Source: Octopus vulgaris (taxonomy: Eukaryota). From it: a DNA stretch of 64,000 bases. The stretch spans positions 3,162,001 to 3,226,000 of the forward strand of contig OX597840.1 in the NCBI GenBank assembly GCA_951406725.2, read 5' to 3'. The notes beneath the pieces are model-generated. The model saw only the letters and a program-made list of their open reading frames with translations, was not told where the DNA came from and did no database searches. Positions 1 through 14,500 of this stretch are shown here, piece by piece (the stretch's first letter is position 1; every line of letters starts with the position of its first letter). The translations under genes were made by a program, and so were the position numbers.

Positions 1-141
1 GTCTGTTTTCATTTAACCCGCTCTGTCTCCTCTCCATCCACTTTTTTTGTTCTACTGCTACTACGACACCTTCTGCTCCGCTGAGCCGGACTAGCAATTT
101 ATTCATACTCCGCTCTCTTTCTATACGCCGGCAATTCTTTC

Positions 142-142
<1 letters not shown>

Positions 143-201
<59 letters not shown>

Positions 202-340
202 CCTATCTACCTAGCTATCTATCAATCTATCTGTCTGTCTGTCTATCTATCTATTTATTCCTGTCTATCTATCGAATTCTGTCAACTTGTTTGTCAGTCT
301 ATCTATCTATCCATCTGTTTGTCTATCTATCTGTTTATAT

Positions 341-391
<51 letters not shown>

Positions 392-477
392 CTTATCTAC
401 CAATCTATCTATCAATCAATTAATGTATGTATGTACCTGTATGTATGTATGTATGTATGTATGTATGTATCTATCTA

Positions 478-516
<39 letters not shown>

Positions 517-682
517 ATCAATCAATCTATCTATCTATCTACTTATCTACCAATCTATCTATCTATCTATCAATCAATGAGTCTATCTTACTATGTATCT
601 ATCTAACTGTCTATCTATCCAACTATCTATCTGTCTATCTATCTATATATATATCTATCTATCTATCTATCAATCTATCCAA

Positions 683-760
<78 letters not shown>
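143..760. repeat. Compound (TATC)n/(TATG)n/(TA)n microsatellite
   Basis: Directly visible tetranucleotide and dinucleotide arrays; source of the spurious IYLS/MYVC ORFs. Confidence 0.95.
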
Positions 761-761
<1 letters not shown>

Positions 762-995
762 ACACTCCATCTCTTCATCGGTCTGCCCGATATTTAATTC
801 AATTTCACACAGGCCAGTGTATGTGAAAGACAAGAGCATACACCATATGGAATATGGAAAAAAAAGGCTGCAAGCAAAAATCTGTAGAATCAAGAACAAC
901 CACTTGAACCTGGCGTTAAAATTATTTATTGAAGAAACGCACAAAACATTTTTACATTATTTTTTTCTCATATAATACATATATAGAAATGAGTC

Positions 996-1044
<49 letters not shown>

Positions 1045-1268
1045 ATGAATAGATGTGTGCATAAGTGTATACGTATGTGTGAAATAAAAGTAAAAATGAA
1101 CTAAAATAATGCCGGGAGCATAGTGTTTCTTGATGAGTAATCGGAAGATTTACCTATTTCTTCTAATACATTGTCAATTAGCTCTCTGTAGGCTGGCTCC
1201 ACGCTAGCTTCTTATAGACTCTGAAGAATGTGTCTGATATGCACATGTATGTGTGTGCATGTGTATAC

Positions 1269-1313
<45 letters not shown>

Positions 1314-1347
1314 AAATTTATATTATATATGAATGCGTATATGTATG

Positions 1348-1380
<33 letters not shown>

Positions 1381-1389
1381 ATATATATG

Positions 1390-1436
<47 letters not shown>

Positions 1437-1568
1437 GCATTAATATACGTATATATATGTATATATATATACTTATGTGTGTATGTATGTGCGTATGTAT
1501 CTGTATACATAAGTATATTCATATCTTTGTCTATCACTGTATGCATATATACATATATATATATACTA

Positions 1569-1648
<80 letters not shown>

Positions 1649-1979
1649 ATATACATATGTATGCACTTATGTCTGGGTGTGTATGAAGACGTCTCCTCAT
1701 CGTTCAATAGAGGTAATGCTAAAACATTTAAGTATTTCTTCGAAGGGGTCTTTGTTAAGTTGTAAAGTCACGAATGAGGAATTTCGTACAAAATTTTTCT
1801 CACATTTACCTGTCTTGATTATAACCCTAGGCCGGCCAAGAACGAACAGAACTATGATTACATGACGTTTCATCGTGATCAGCATGTCCAGACAGATTAA
1901 ATGTGAACATATTTTAGAGGCGCTCCTGCCACGACCACCGCATTATATTCTTCGGTTGTTGAATTTCTGTATGCTTTAA

Positions 1980-2199
1980 CACTTTAGTGTTTAAAACGGC
2001 CATACCAGTCTAAAATTGTCTTCCTGTTATATGCTCAATCTAGCCAGCTCAGACCTCTCACACCTACCCTACAAAGCCATTCTAAAAATAAACAGGGACA
2101 TCATCAAAATCTCAGAGTTACAAGATGGTGTACAATTAATTTAAAACCATGTAATTAAACAGGCTTTACATTTGACAGAGTAATCTGAATGCTAAAGGG
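1980..2199. mobile_element. piggyBac-like non-autonomous MITE
   Basis: TTAA on both sides (1976-1979, 2200-2203); imperfect TIRs CACTTTAGTGTTTA / TGAATGCTAAAGGG (reverse complement CCCTTTAGCATTCA); no coding capacity. Confidence 0.65.
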
Positions 2200-2533
2200 T
2201 TAACATAAGTATCAATACCGGAAACTCGGTGGGCAGTGGAGAATCCTTTGATTATCATTTCCTCGGAACTTGTCTCTTACTTTATTGTCTCGAACTTGGA
2301 GGAATGAAAGACAAAGCTGATATTGGTTTGGTTTGAACTCAGAAGCCAGAGAGCCGCGACTAATAACATTTCATTTTTCCTTACATGCTGCCAATAAGAC
2401 CGAAATAAGACCGAACTTCAGTCAAGGCAAATAATAATAATAATGACTATAATCCTACGTTCTTCAACAGAAATGATCACGAGAAAATAAAGAGGGGCAG
2501 AATAAAAAAAAACCTTTAGCGGCTACCGGTGGA

Positions 2534-2620
<87 letters not shown>

Positions 2621-2624
2621 CATA

Positions 2625-2786
2625 GGCGCAGAAGTGGCTGTGTGGTAAGTAGTTTGCTTACCAACCACATGGTTCCAGGTTCAGTCCCACTGCGCGGCAC
2701 CTTGGGAAAGTGTCTTCTACTATAGCACCGGGCCGACCAAAGCCTTGTGAGTGGATTTGGTAGACGGAAACTGAAAGAAGCCTGTC

Positions 2787-2860
<74 letters not shown>

Positions 2861-3075
2861 TTGTGTGTCTGTGTTTGTCCCCCCAACATCGCTTGACAAC
2901 CGATGCTGGTATGTTTACGTCCCTGTTACTTAGCGGTTCGGCAAAAGTGACCGATAGAATAAGTACTAGGCTTACAAAGAATAAGTCCTGGGGTCGATTT
3001 GCTCGACTAAAAGGCGGTGCTCCACCATGGCCGCAGTCAAATGACTGAAACAAGTAAAAGAGAGTAAAAAAGAAA
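2625..3075 (+). mobile_element. tRNA-derived SINE-A, full length, with internal (TA)n(TG)n
   Basis: A-box-like TGGCTGTGTGG, B-box GGTTCAGTCCC, body GGCACCTTGGGAAAGTGTCTT, tail GGCGGTGCTCCA..CAGTCAAATGACTGAAAC + GTAAAAGA repeats; many near-identical copies in the window. Confidence 0.9.
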
Positions 3076-3540
3076 GAGAAAGAGAGACATAAACCAACCG
3101 GTGTTGCTCTGTTTACGTCCCCGTAATTTAGCGGTGTTCGGCAAAACGGAACGTTAGAATAAGTACTAGACTTAAGAAATAAGTCGATGCGATTGACTAA
3201 AATCCTTCAAGGTAGTCAAAAGAATATATACCTAATACATTTTTCGTTGTATCGTGTTTTTGTTTGTTTTTTAATCTGATGTTTGTAATTGATCTTCTAT
3301 AATAATGAAGCTGTATCCCTTAATTTTTCTGCTTTTGTAATCATATATCGAGAAAAAATCTTGAGGAACAGACGTTATTTTAACGAGATGTACCTTGTAA
3401 TCATCTGAGATGACACATCTACACCGACGGATACACCTGAAATAGAACTTCAGTAACCCACCCGCGGGGAATCGATGCTCGATGGGTTGAAACAATTGTA
3501 GTGAACAAAATAGGCATTCCAGTATCTTCCATCTCTCTCA

Positions 3541-3883
3541 TGTAGGGTGACTCTCTTCGGGCGTGAATGACCATCGGTTTTTACCTAGAAAATTCCCCTC
3601 CAAGGCAAAAGTCCGGGCAAGGTTGTTTATAGATGATCAATAGTCACCCATGCATACCAGCCTCACCTCTCCATGCCACTGATGTTATTTAAGGAAAAGG
3701 CAAAGGGGCCGATACATCTTGGTACCTGTGACGTCGCAACTCATTTCTACAGCTGAGTGAACTGGAGCAACCTGAAGTAAAGTGTCTTGCTCAAGAATAC
3801 AAACACACAGCCTCGTCCGGGAATCAAACTCACTACTTCATGATTGTGAACCCGACACTCTAACCACTGAGCCATGCGCCTTC
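3541..3883 (-). mobile_element. tRNA-derived SINE-C
   Basis: Reverse complement starts GAAGGCGCATGGCTCAGTGGTTAGAG (A box); homologous along its length to 35399-35725. Confidence 0.85.
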
Positions 3884-3996
3884 AAATAATATATGTATGT
3901 ATGTATATGTAAATGAATGCATCTATATATATGTATGTGTGTATGTATATGTGTATGTATTTATGCATGCATGTATGTAAGTACTCATGTACGTAT

Positions 3997-4908
3997 GTCA
4001 TTATTCAGTTTATTTCAAGATTTCTTACCAATAAATAGCCGGTTTCCAACCTACATTCAAGGATCCTTCACTGGAATTTCAACATTAGCAACAGGGTTCT
4101 TTTGTATACATGTATGTATGTATGTATGTATGTATGTATGTATGTATGTATGTATGTATGTATGTATGTATGCATGTATGTATGTATGTATGTATGTATG
4201 TATGTGTGTGTGCAGATTTTTATGCTTTGTTTTATGTACGTATTCCCTCGCTTTTAATTGCATAGCTAGACTTGATCATATATATTTAAATAATTTTCTG
4301 GAAAGTTTTATAGATTTTTACAGTTCCAGTGATGGATTGGATCTGTAATATTCGAGTTAGCTTTCTCCTATCTGGTTTTGAGAAGCCTAACTTCTCAAGA
4401 TTGATATTTAGGCAGTGTGTTACATATTCCAAGGCTCCAATAGCTATAGGTATAAATCTGAACTTGTAATCTGGCTAGAGTAACTGCAGATTTCTCTATA
4501 GTTCGGCATAGGTGTTCTCTTTTTCACTGATCTTCAGCTTTACGTTAACATCCGCTGGGCAGCTAATTTCCACCACTGTGCAGAGTCTCTCTTCTCTATC
4601 CCAAATCATTATATTACGTTAGTTGTCTTCACTGGTACATTTCACCACACCAGTATTCCTTTTTATTATGAGTGGCTACGGCTTCTACCATATTGTGGAC
4701 TCTTATTTCTGTGTCCTAGAGATTATCCTTCCGACAGATTTCATCATAGAGTGTCCTAGCTACAACATCATGTCTTATCGTTAGCTAATACTGTGATGAC
4801 ATTTTCGGAGGGTGATATCTTCGATGTGAACTCCACAAAGTCTGCACCGGTTGTCACATTTTGCAGCTTTTCCCGCTTCCCTATCCCTTTTGTCCATCAG
4901 TTACTTGG
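3997..4908 (-). mobile_element. Degenerate 3' fragment of an RLE-type (R4/Dong-like) non-LTR retrotransposon
   Basis: Manual minus-strand translation gives zinc-knuckle-like CRLCGVHIEDIT..RHDVVART and restriction-like endonuclease motif MIWDREERLCTVVEISCPADVN..KISEKENTY..IPIAIGALEYV with stops and frameshifts; 3' UTR contains (CATA)n. Confidence 0.8.
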
Positions 4909-5270
4909 TTCAATCCCACTGCATGGCGCCTTGGGCAAGTGTCCTCTACTATAGCTTCGGGCCAATCAAAACCTTGTGAGTGGATTTCGTAGACGGAAAC
5001 TGAAAGAAGCCTGTCGTATATATGTATATGTATGTATGTGTGTGTATATGTTTGTGTCTCTGTGTTCCCGCTCCCACAACATGGCTTGGCAACCGATGCA
5101 GGTGTGTTTACGTTCCCGTAATATAGCGGTTCGGTAAAAGAGACTGATAGAATAAATACTAGGCTCGCAAAGAATAAGTCCTGGGGTCGATTTTCTCGAC
5201 TAAAAGCGGTGCTCCAGCATGGCCGCAGTCAAATGACTGAAACAAGTAGAAGAATAAAAGAGTAAAAGAG
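4908..5270 (+). mobile_element. SINE-A, 5'-truncated
   Basis: Starts at B box GGTTCAATCCC; body and tail match 2625-3075. Confidence 0.85.
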
Positions 5271-5288
5271 TATATATATATATATATA

Positions 5289-6232
5289 TATAAATTAATA
5301 AATAAAATATATGCATACATACATACATATATGTACGTACCTACATCTACATGTATATATACATACATATATAAATATATATATGTCAGTACAGGACACC
5401 ACAAATAGACGTAGAACTCAACGAGAAACGAAAACGTAAAAACAAACATGGAAACGGACTTTTTTAACAACGAAAAAACAGAATACAAGACAAACAATAC
5501 AAGGAAAATTCCCCTTCATCAGCTGGCCCTAGTTCGACTCCATGCGTGTTTCGAAGGTAAGGACAGAACACGACTCGTCGAACTAGCCTTTCCTGCGAAA
5601 GAATTAAATAAAATTCCTTTGCAGAGGGGTAAAAACAAGGAAAGAAAAAAATGTGACAAAAACAGGACGTAAAAACAATACAAATAAAAAAAACAAATAC
5701 AAAATAAAAATACAAATACAAAAAAATACAGTACAAGTAAGAAATAAAAACAGGACAAGGAAACAAACATTGAGGGCCTTTTTTTAGCCTAGACGATGGA
5801 AAAATTCAAGAGCGCAGTAAAAAAGCATGCTCACTTGTAGGAGGCCGCCAGCGAAAGGAAGTGGTCGACTCGGCTGTGTGAGAGATGTTTTTACCTTGTT
5901 TTTACCCCTCTGCAAAGGAATTCTTTCGCAGGAAGGGCTAGTTCGACGAGTCGTGTTCTGTCCTTACCTTCGAAACACGCATGGAGTCGAACTAGGGCCA
6001 GCTGATGAAGGGGAATTTTCCTTGTATTGTTTGTCTTGTACTCTGTTTTTTCGTTGTTAAAAAAAGTCCGTTTCCATGTTTGTTTTTACGTTTTCGTTTC
6101 TCGTTGAGTTTTACGTCTATTTGTGGTGTCCTGTACTCACATATATATATATTTATATATGCATGTATATATACATGTAGATCTAGGTACGTACATATAT
6201 GTATGTATGCATATATTTTATTTATTAATTTA
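5289..6232. repeat. Long inverted repeat (arms ~5289-5640 and ~5894-6232), probable Penelope-like remnant
   Basis: Right arm is the near-exact reverse complement of the left, e.g. CCCCTTCATCAGCTGGCCCTAGTTCGACTCC vs GGAGTCGAACTAGGGCCAGCTGATGAAGGGG. Penelope identity is an inference. Confidence 0.8.
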
Positions 6233-6349
6233 TTGCATGACTGAGCGCCCTCGCGTTGTTTCGTTTCTTTTCTGTTCTCCAAGTAAGTTTATATATATAT
6301 AAAACAGTTTATATATATATAAAAAATCTTGCACAACAAATATTTAAAC

Positions 6350-6384
<35 letters not shown>

Positions 6385-6515
6385 CTAGATACATGGCACA
6401 CGTTAGAACGGTTTAGTTTTATTAGGAGAGAGAGTGACAGAAGGAGAGAGAGTGACAGAAGGAGAGAGAGTGACAGAAGGAGAGAGAGTGACAGAAGGAG
6501 AGAGAGTGACAGAAG

Positions 6516-6563
<48 letters not shown>

Positions 6564-6691
6564 TAGACAGACAGAGTGAGAAAGAAGCTGGGGAGATAGT
6601 GACATGAAAAGAGAAGAATCGAGTAAGATGGATATATTTATAAGTAACGAAAAATAAGCATAGGAAGAAAGAGAAAATAAAAGAAAGAATT

Positions 6692-6777
<86 letters not shown>

Positions 6778-6780
6778 CAG

Positions 6781-8195
6781 ATAAGTTTCTTTATTGGCCA
6801 CACAGGGCTGCACACAGATGGGACAAGTTACAAGGTAGAGCTTTTCTTTTGGGGGAGAAAAAAATGGCGTAGGTTTTCGATCAAAAGGGATCGTAAAAGG
6901 GAAAAAAGAACTAAAAAAAGGAAAAAAGGGAAAAGGAACAAAAGAAAAGAAAATGAAAAAAGAAGAAAAAAGGGGAAGAGGGGGGAAAGATATGTTTCTT
7001 TATTAGCCACACAGGGCTGCACACGGACAGGACAAAATTACAAGGTAGAGCTTTTCTTTTGGTGGTAAAAGAAAGGGGTTTGGTTTTCGATCAAAAGGGA
7101 TCGTAAATGGAAAGAAATAGGACAAAAAAAGGGGGGATAAGATAAAATAAAAAAATAAAAAAGGGAGGTGCGGAAGAAAAGGGGGAGGTGAGGAAAAAAA
7201 GGGAGAGGAAAAAAAATTGATCAATAGGGATCGTTATCACAGAAATGTCAATATGAAGTGTAAAGGGGAGGACAGGTGAGGTTTACCCGTGGAAAGAAAA
7301 GCCTACGGAAAAGACCACGGTAACCTTGGTCAATAAAGTCACATGTTATATTTTTTTTTTTTGCAAATAAGCAACTCAGTATTAATTTTTACGGTTCATA
7401 GAATCATAGTCAAGGTGGCTTCGTCATTCATACGTGCCATCCTTGCTACATTCACCCATCTTTTTTTAAAACATTCACGAGACAAAACCTGCCTCTCTAC
7501 TCTCACTTTCCTCTTCAAGTGATACTTGAAGAAGTTGATGAGAGATTGACCAGAGAGGAAAGTGTTTGTCTCTAATCCTTTCAGGCGCGTCCACCAGATA
7601 CATTCTTTCGCTATAGCCACAGATAGATAGATAGATGGATGGATGGATGGATAGATAGATAGATAAGTTTCTTTATTGGGCACACAGGGCTGCACACAGA
7701 TGGGACAAGTTACAAGGTAGAGCTTTTCTTTTGGGGGAGAAAAAAGAAAAAAAAATGGTGGCATAGGTTTTCGATCAAAAGGGATCGTAAAAGGGAAAAA
7801 AGAACAAAAAAAAAGGAAAAGAATGAAAAAGAAAAAAGGGAAAAGGAACAAAAGAAAAGAAAAATGAAAAAAGAAGAAAAAAGAGGAAGGGGGAGATAGA
7901 TAAATAGATAGATAGATAGATAGATAAGTTTCTTTATTGGCCACACAGGGCTGCACACAGATGGGACAAGTTACAAGGTAGAGCTTTTCTTTTGGGGGAG
8001 AAAAAAAAAGGTGGCGTAGGTTTTCGATCAAAAGGGATCGTAAAAGGGAAAAAAGAACAAAAAAAAGAAGAAAAGAAAAAGAAAAGGGGGGGAGAAAAAA
8101 AAGAAAAAAAGAAGAAAAAAAATGGAAAAGAAAAAAGAAAAGAAAAATGAAAAAAGAAGAAAAAGAGGAAAAAAGGGGGAGAGGAAAAAAAAAAT
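6781..8195 (-). mobile_element. Four tandem 5'-truncated 3' ends of a Tx1/L1-like LINE in a (GATA)n tract
   Basis: Copies ~6781-6988, 6989-7620, 7663-7895, 7924-8195 share the tail CCTTGTAACTTGTCCCATCTGTGTGCAGCCCTGTGTGGCCAATAAAGAAAC (minus strand) and abut GATA repeats (only GAT at the 6988 junction). Confidence 0.85.
7396..7620 (-). pseudogene. C-terminal fragment of Tx1/L1-clade ORF2
   Basis: VAIAKECIWWTRLKGLETNTFLSGQSLINFFKYHLKRKVRVERQVLSRECFKKRWVNVARMARMNDEATLTMIL* fits the AKxxIWxxR...F...R..E...F.xRW pattern of Tx1/L1 ORF2 C-termini. Confidence 0.75.
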
Positions 8196-8371
8196 AGATA
8201 GATAGATAGATAGATAGATTAATAGCCAGCGAGCCACTGAGATGCAACACTGAGACAGCAGAGAAGTTTGCTGCCAAAATTCAGAACATATTTCCAGAGC
8301 TCCAAATAATAATTTTCGTTTCTCTCCGAAACATTGAAATAGCGAAACAGCAAAGCAAGCAGGCAAGCAAA

Positions 8372-8401
8372 GCAACAACAACAACAACAACAACAACAAC
8401 C

Positions 8402-8432
<31 letters not shown>

Positions 8433-8471
8433 CCACAGCAGCAGCAGCAGCAGAGCCAACACCTGTAGTAG

Positions 8472-8507
<36 letters not shown>

Positions 8508-8568
8508 CTACGGCAGCCGCAGCAACTGCAGCAGCGAACGTTTAACGGCGACATTTCAAGCCTCTACT

Positions 8569-8614
<46 letters not shown>

Positions 8615-8638
8615 CCACCATCATCATCATCATCATCG

Positions 8639-8695
<57 letters not shown>

Positions 8696-8715
8696 CCACC
8701 ATCATCATCATCATC

Positions 8716-8774
<59 letters not shown>

Positions 8775-8853
8775 CATCATCATCGTCATCATCATCATCG
8801 TCATCATCATCATCACCACCATCATCATCATCATCATCGTCATCATCATCACC

Positions 8854-8911
<58 letters not shown>

Positions 8912-8937
8912 CCACCACCACCACCACCACCACCACC

Positions 8938-8971
<34 letters not shown>

Positions 8972-8994
8972 TCATCATTATCACCACCACAACC

Positions 8995-9025
<31 letters not shown>

Positions 9026-9115
9026 GTGACGTCTACGTCGATATTACAGCCGTCCTCGTAGTCATCGTCGTCGTTGATGTTGTCACCATCATCATCATCA
9101 TCATCATCATCATTA
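8372..9115. repeat. Trinucleotide arrays (CAA/CAG)n then long (CAT/CAC)n
   Basis: Directly visible. Confidence 0.95.
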
Positions 9116-9825
9116 ACGTCAGCATTATCGAACTAGGAGCCACGAGGTGGACCGCGTAAAAAGTTAAAAATAGCAGCCAAAATATATATAGCGGTGGAAT
9201 CACTCCGAAAATCTCGAAAGGTTTAGCATTATGTGGTGTAGCCCTTGGTACCATTGGACCAGTAGACAGAAAACGAAATGGGCACCAACCTAGAATGCTT
9301 CTATGATCATAGGATGCTGCATATGGAGTGACACGTGGCTAAACATCAGCAAGAACTCTTATCTCCAATTTCATCTTATCCTGACCGGTGCCCCAGCATG
9401 GCCACAGCTCATGGGCTGAAACTAGAATCAATCAATCAATCAATGTTACTTTCATCTACTAGTCGTTACATACATGTGGTGTGTGTGTGGTTTTTTGCGT
9501 GTCAATATCTATCTCTGTACATACACACTCAGAAACACACATACGCACACACATAGATAGATGATAGATAGATACATACATACATACATGCAAACATACA
9601 TACATACATACATACAAACATATATACATACATACATATATATAATATATACATACATACATGAATGTATGCATACATACATACATACATACATACATAC
9701 ATACATGAATGCATGCATACATACATACATACATACATACATACATACATACATACATACATGAATGCATGCATACATACATACATACATACATACATAC
9801 ATACATACATACATACATACATACA

Positions 9826-9859
<34 letters not shown>

Positions 9860-9948
9860 CATACATACATACATGATAGATAGGTGATTGATAGATGGAT
9901 AGATAGATAAATATATATATATATATATACATATGTGAAGAGATAGAC

Positions 9949-10022
<74 letters not shown>

Positions 10023-10230
10023 GTTGTAGGTAGGTAATAACGTATGGAGATAGGTAGGAGGTAGGTAGGTAGACAGAGAGATGGATAGATAATTATATAG
10101 ACAGATTGAGAGAGAGAGAGAGAGAGAGAGAGAAAGAAATATCATTAAGAGGTTTACGTATATGCGTATGTGTAACTCCCCCCCTCTTCACACATACTCT
10201 CCCTTTCTCTCTCTCTTTCTTTCTTTTATT

Positions 10231-10268
<38 letters not shown>

Positions 10269-10505
10269 ATTCGTTTTCTCTTTCTTTATGTATCTCCACT
10301 TCTATCTTCCAATCTTTTTTTCTGAACGAATCCCTATAACGCGTGTGGACCGAGTCTTCACACTGACTGAGAGCGGATGTTCTATGTTGTAACCGAGATA
10401 CTACTACGACTGCTATTTCTACTCCGTCCATGAACACACGCTTAAAAGGCTACAGAAAAAGACAGAGGAAATAATGCAGTCTACAAAACCGAAGGAGAAA
10501 ACAGA

Positions 10506-10540
<35 letters not shown>

Positions 10541-10901
10541 CACGCATGCGCGAACATACACATTCACACACGTGTTCAGAAGGAGATACAATTTGACAGA
10601 TACACACGCGAACACGAACATACCACACACACACGCACACACACAGAAATACACCTTGGCCTGCAAGGTATTCATTTGTGCAAGCATTCTCGAAATTACA
10701 GGTAGCAGACACGGACCGTACGAAAAGATTTACCTGGAAATCTGCTCTATACACGTACGGACACATATACACACTCACACGCAATAACACACGCACACAC
10801 AGAAGCAAACGCACATATGCATACATATATGTATGTAAATATATATGCATATATGTATATATATATATATATATATAGTATATATATATATACATATATT
10901 T

Positions 10902-10940
<39 letters not shown>

Positions 10941-10971
10941 TATATATATATATACACATATATTTATAAAC

Positions 10972-11018
<47 letters not shown>

Positions 11019-11050
11019 TATATATATACATATATATATGCATATATATA

Positions 11051-11113
<63 letters not shown>

Positions 11114-11274
11114 GTATGTATGTATATACATATGTATTTATATATGCAAGTATGCATATATACACGCAGGATCTAACACTAATTGAAAGAATTCCAAATG
11201 AATTTTAGCACAGTGGCACACACAAACATTTGGCACCACAGTTTTGCGACGAATCACCACTGCCATCTACACAG

Positions 11275-11332
<58 letters not shown>

Positions 11333-11738
11333 GTTGATTCCATCGGATCCAAGTAGGCTCTACCTAAGGTTCGAACACGCGAGAGCTAGAAATCACTCAA
11401 ATTACACTCTACAGTCTTTCACATGGACAAAGGATACGTAAACGTATATAGAATTATATTTGTTTTAAGCAGGAGGAATGGTCACGGTCGGCACGCTTTC
11501 GCTCACGCAAATGTTTACATCATCAACGGTATTATAACCGAAACGGATTGTCAATATTGGGTGTTTAGAAACACGTTTCTTATTTCATAAACAAACAGCC
11601 ACGCACACACACACACATACGTACAGGTATAGGATTATGTATATATATTTATATATATATACATACATACATACATACATACATACATACAGAAAAATAT
11701 ATATGTGTGTGTGTATATATATATGCATGCATACACAC

Positions 11739-11786
<48 letters not shown>

Positions 11787-12642
11787 ACTTTATTTAAAAG
11801 CAGCAGAAATTCAACAAAACCTGTTACTCTGAGTTTTACGTTCCCGTTCGTCGGACTGTTTTATATATATATACTCAGATATTTGTACATATACATATAT
11901 ACTTAGATTGACAGACAGATAGACAGGTAGATAGACAGGTAGATAGACAGATAGATATATGGAGAGAGAGAGAAAGAGGGAGAGGGAAGAGAATTTCCTA
12001 AGGTTTATATGTATGCAATATTTATAAACACACGTGATATGCGGCGTGTTGGTCGAATCATTTCAACGTCGGACGACGTTTAATAAGGACCTCTACATTG
12101 TGGGTTCAAATCCCTTCTGGATCAAATTTGCCTCACTTTATTTCCGGGGAAAAACGTTGAATAAAATTTCAGTCCAGTGTTACGTCCGTTACTCTCTGTC
12201 ATTTTTACCTGCAATTCAAAATATATGTACTATAAGAATGGTTCCGTCTGGGAGATATTTTAGGGTTTAATTAACTCGTAAGTCTGTAAAAAGGCGTTCG
12301 TTTATCCGTTAAATACTCTAATTATTTCACCATAGTGAGTTCCATGGTCGAACAATGCAGTGTTCCTGGTCGAGATAGGCGGAGGTTCCACAGCTACATA
12401 TATATATATATAGGTCTGTGTGTCCGTCCGTGTAGTTAGCTTACAAATAGGTATGTTTAACAGCTATCGCGTTGCTTTCAAAAAACAAAGCCGTGTCTGC
12501 GTGCGAGGCTGAAATCACCTGTAATTAATTATGTACGTGCATGCATACCTCTCTGTCTCTCTCTTTCTTTCTCTATCTGTCTCTCTTTCTCACTCTCTCT
12601 CTCTCTCTTTCTTTCTTTCTCTTTCTCTCTCTTTCCATATCT

Positions 12643-13168
<526 letters not shown>

Positions 13169-13171
13169 CTC

Positions 13172-13255
<84 letters not shown>

Positions 13256-13822
13256 ACCTTTTGTTTTCTGTTAGTTATGCTTAGCGGAAAGTGTTTTCTA
13301 AAAGTAACTATGATGTATATATGTAAATATGTGCATATATATAAACATGTATGTATATTCATATATATTCATACACACAAATGCATTGTGATGGACGTGT
13401 ACTGAACATCCACGAAACTTAAAGTCATGTGGAGCAGAGTCAAATTCTTATTCCATACACACACACACACGTATATATATATATAATGCTTCCATATACA
13501 CATATTTATATAGTTACGATTATATAACGGTAATATATATCAAAATAGACACACAAGTGTGTGGTTTTGTTTGTGTGTGTGCGTATGTGTATGTGTGTGT
13601 GTGTGCGAGTGTGTAGGATGCGTTGAATTACCTGTGTGTGTGTATCCGAGCATAGAAATGCAGTTTAGCCATAAATCGCAGCGTGAATGTTATCTATATA
13701 CACACATGTGTAGAAATGACAGCTAACATTTCTTATTGTCTTTCCGAAAGCGCTGTTGTGCATTTGTTGGAAACAAAATATAAACATAACGTATTATGAA
13801 TACGTGTCTATATACATACATG

Positions 13823-13874
<52 letters not shown>

Positions 13875-13889
13875 TGTGTGTGTGTGTGT

Positions 13890-14021
13890 GTGTACAGAGA
13901 GAGAAGGTGAGAATGAGATACATAGATTGACAGACAAATAGAGATAGTCAGAGAGACAGACAGACAGACAGATAGATAGATAGATACATACATACATACA
14001 TACATACATACATAGATAGGC

Positions 14022-14086
<65 letters not shown>

Positions 14087-14203
14087 TATGTGTGTGTGTG
14101 TGTACAGAGAGAGAAGGGGAGAATGAGATAGATTGACAGAGGGACAGACAAACAGACAGACAAACAGATAAACAGACAGACAGAAAGACAGACAGACAGA
14201 CAT

Positions 14204-14286
<83 letters not shown>

Positions 14287-14401
14287 TATGTGTGTGTGTG
14301 TACAGAGAGAGAAGGGGAGAATGAGATAGATTGACAGAGGGACAGACAAACAGACAGACAAACAGATAAACAGACAGACAGAAAGACAGACAGACAGACA
14401 T

Positions 14402-14438
<37 letters not shown>

Positions 14439-14455
14439 TAGATAGACAGACAGAC

Positions 14456-14499
<44 letters not shown>

Positions 14500-14500
14500 G
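13890..14500. repeat. Three ~200-bp tandem units built from compound TG/GA/GACA/GATA microsatellites
   Basis: Anchor TGTACAGAGAGAGAAGG(T/G)GAGAATGAGATA recurs at ~13891, ~14101 and ~14298. Confidence 0.8.

Noticed and set aside
4900-4920. Both RLE LINE fragments abut opposite-strand SINE-A pieces (also ~55865)
   Set aside because: Junction positions within SINE-A differ and SINE-A is very abundant; two cases do not support targeting.
5935-6015. GAAAC..GTC..CTGATGA suggesting a functional type II hammerhead
   Set aside because: Stems I and III cannot be formed around the core in this copy; at most a degenerate remnant.
11821-11862. Minus-strand hammerhead-like CCGACGA-ACG-GGAA-CGT-AAAAC-TCAGA-GTA
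   Set aside because: Two core substitutions and a poor stem I; likely a dead Penelope-type remnant.
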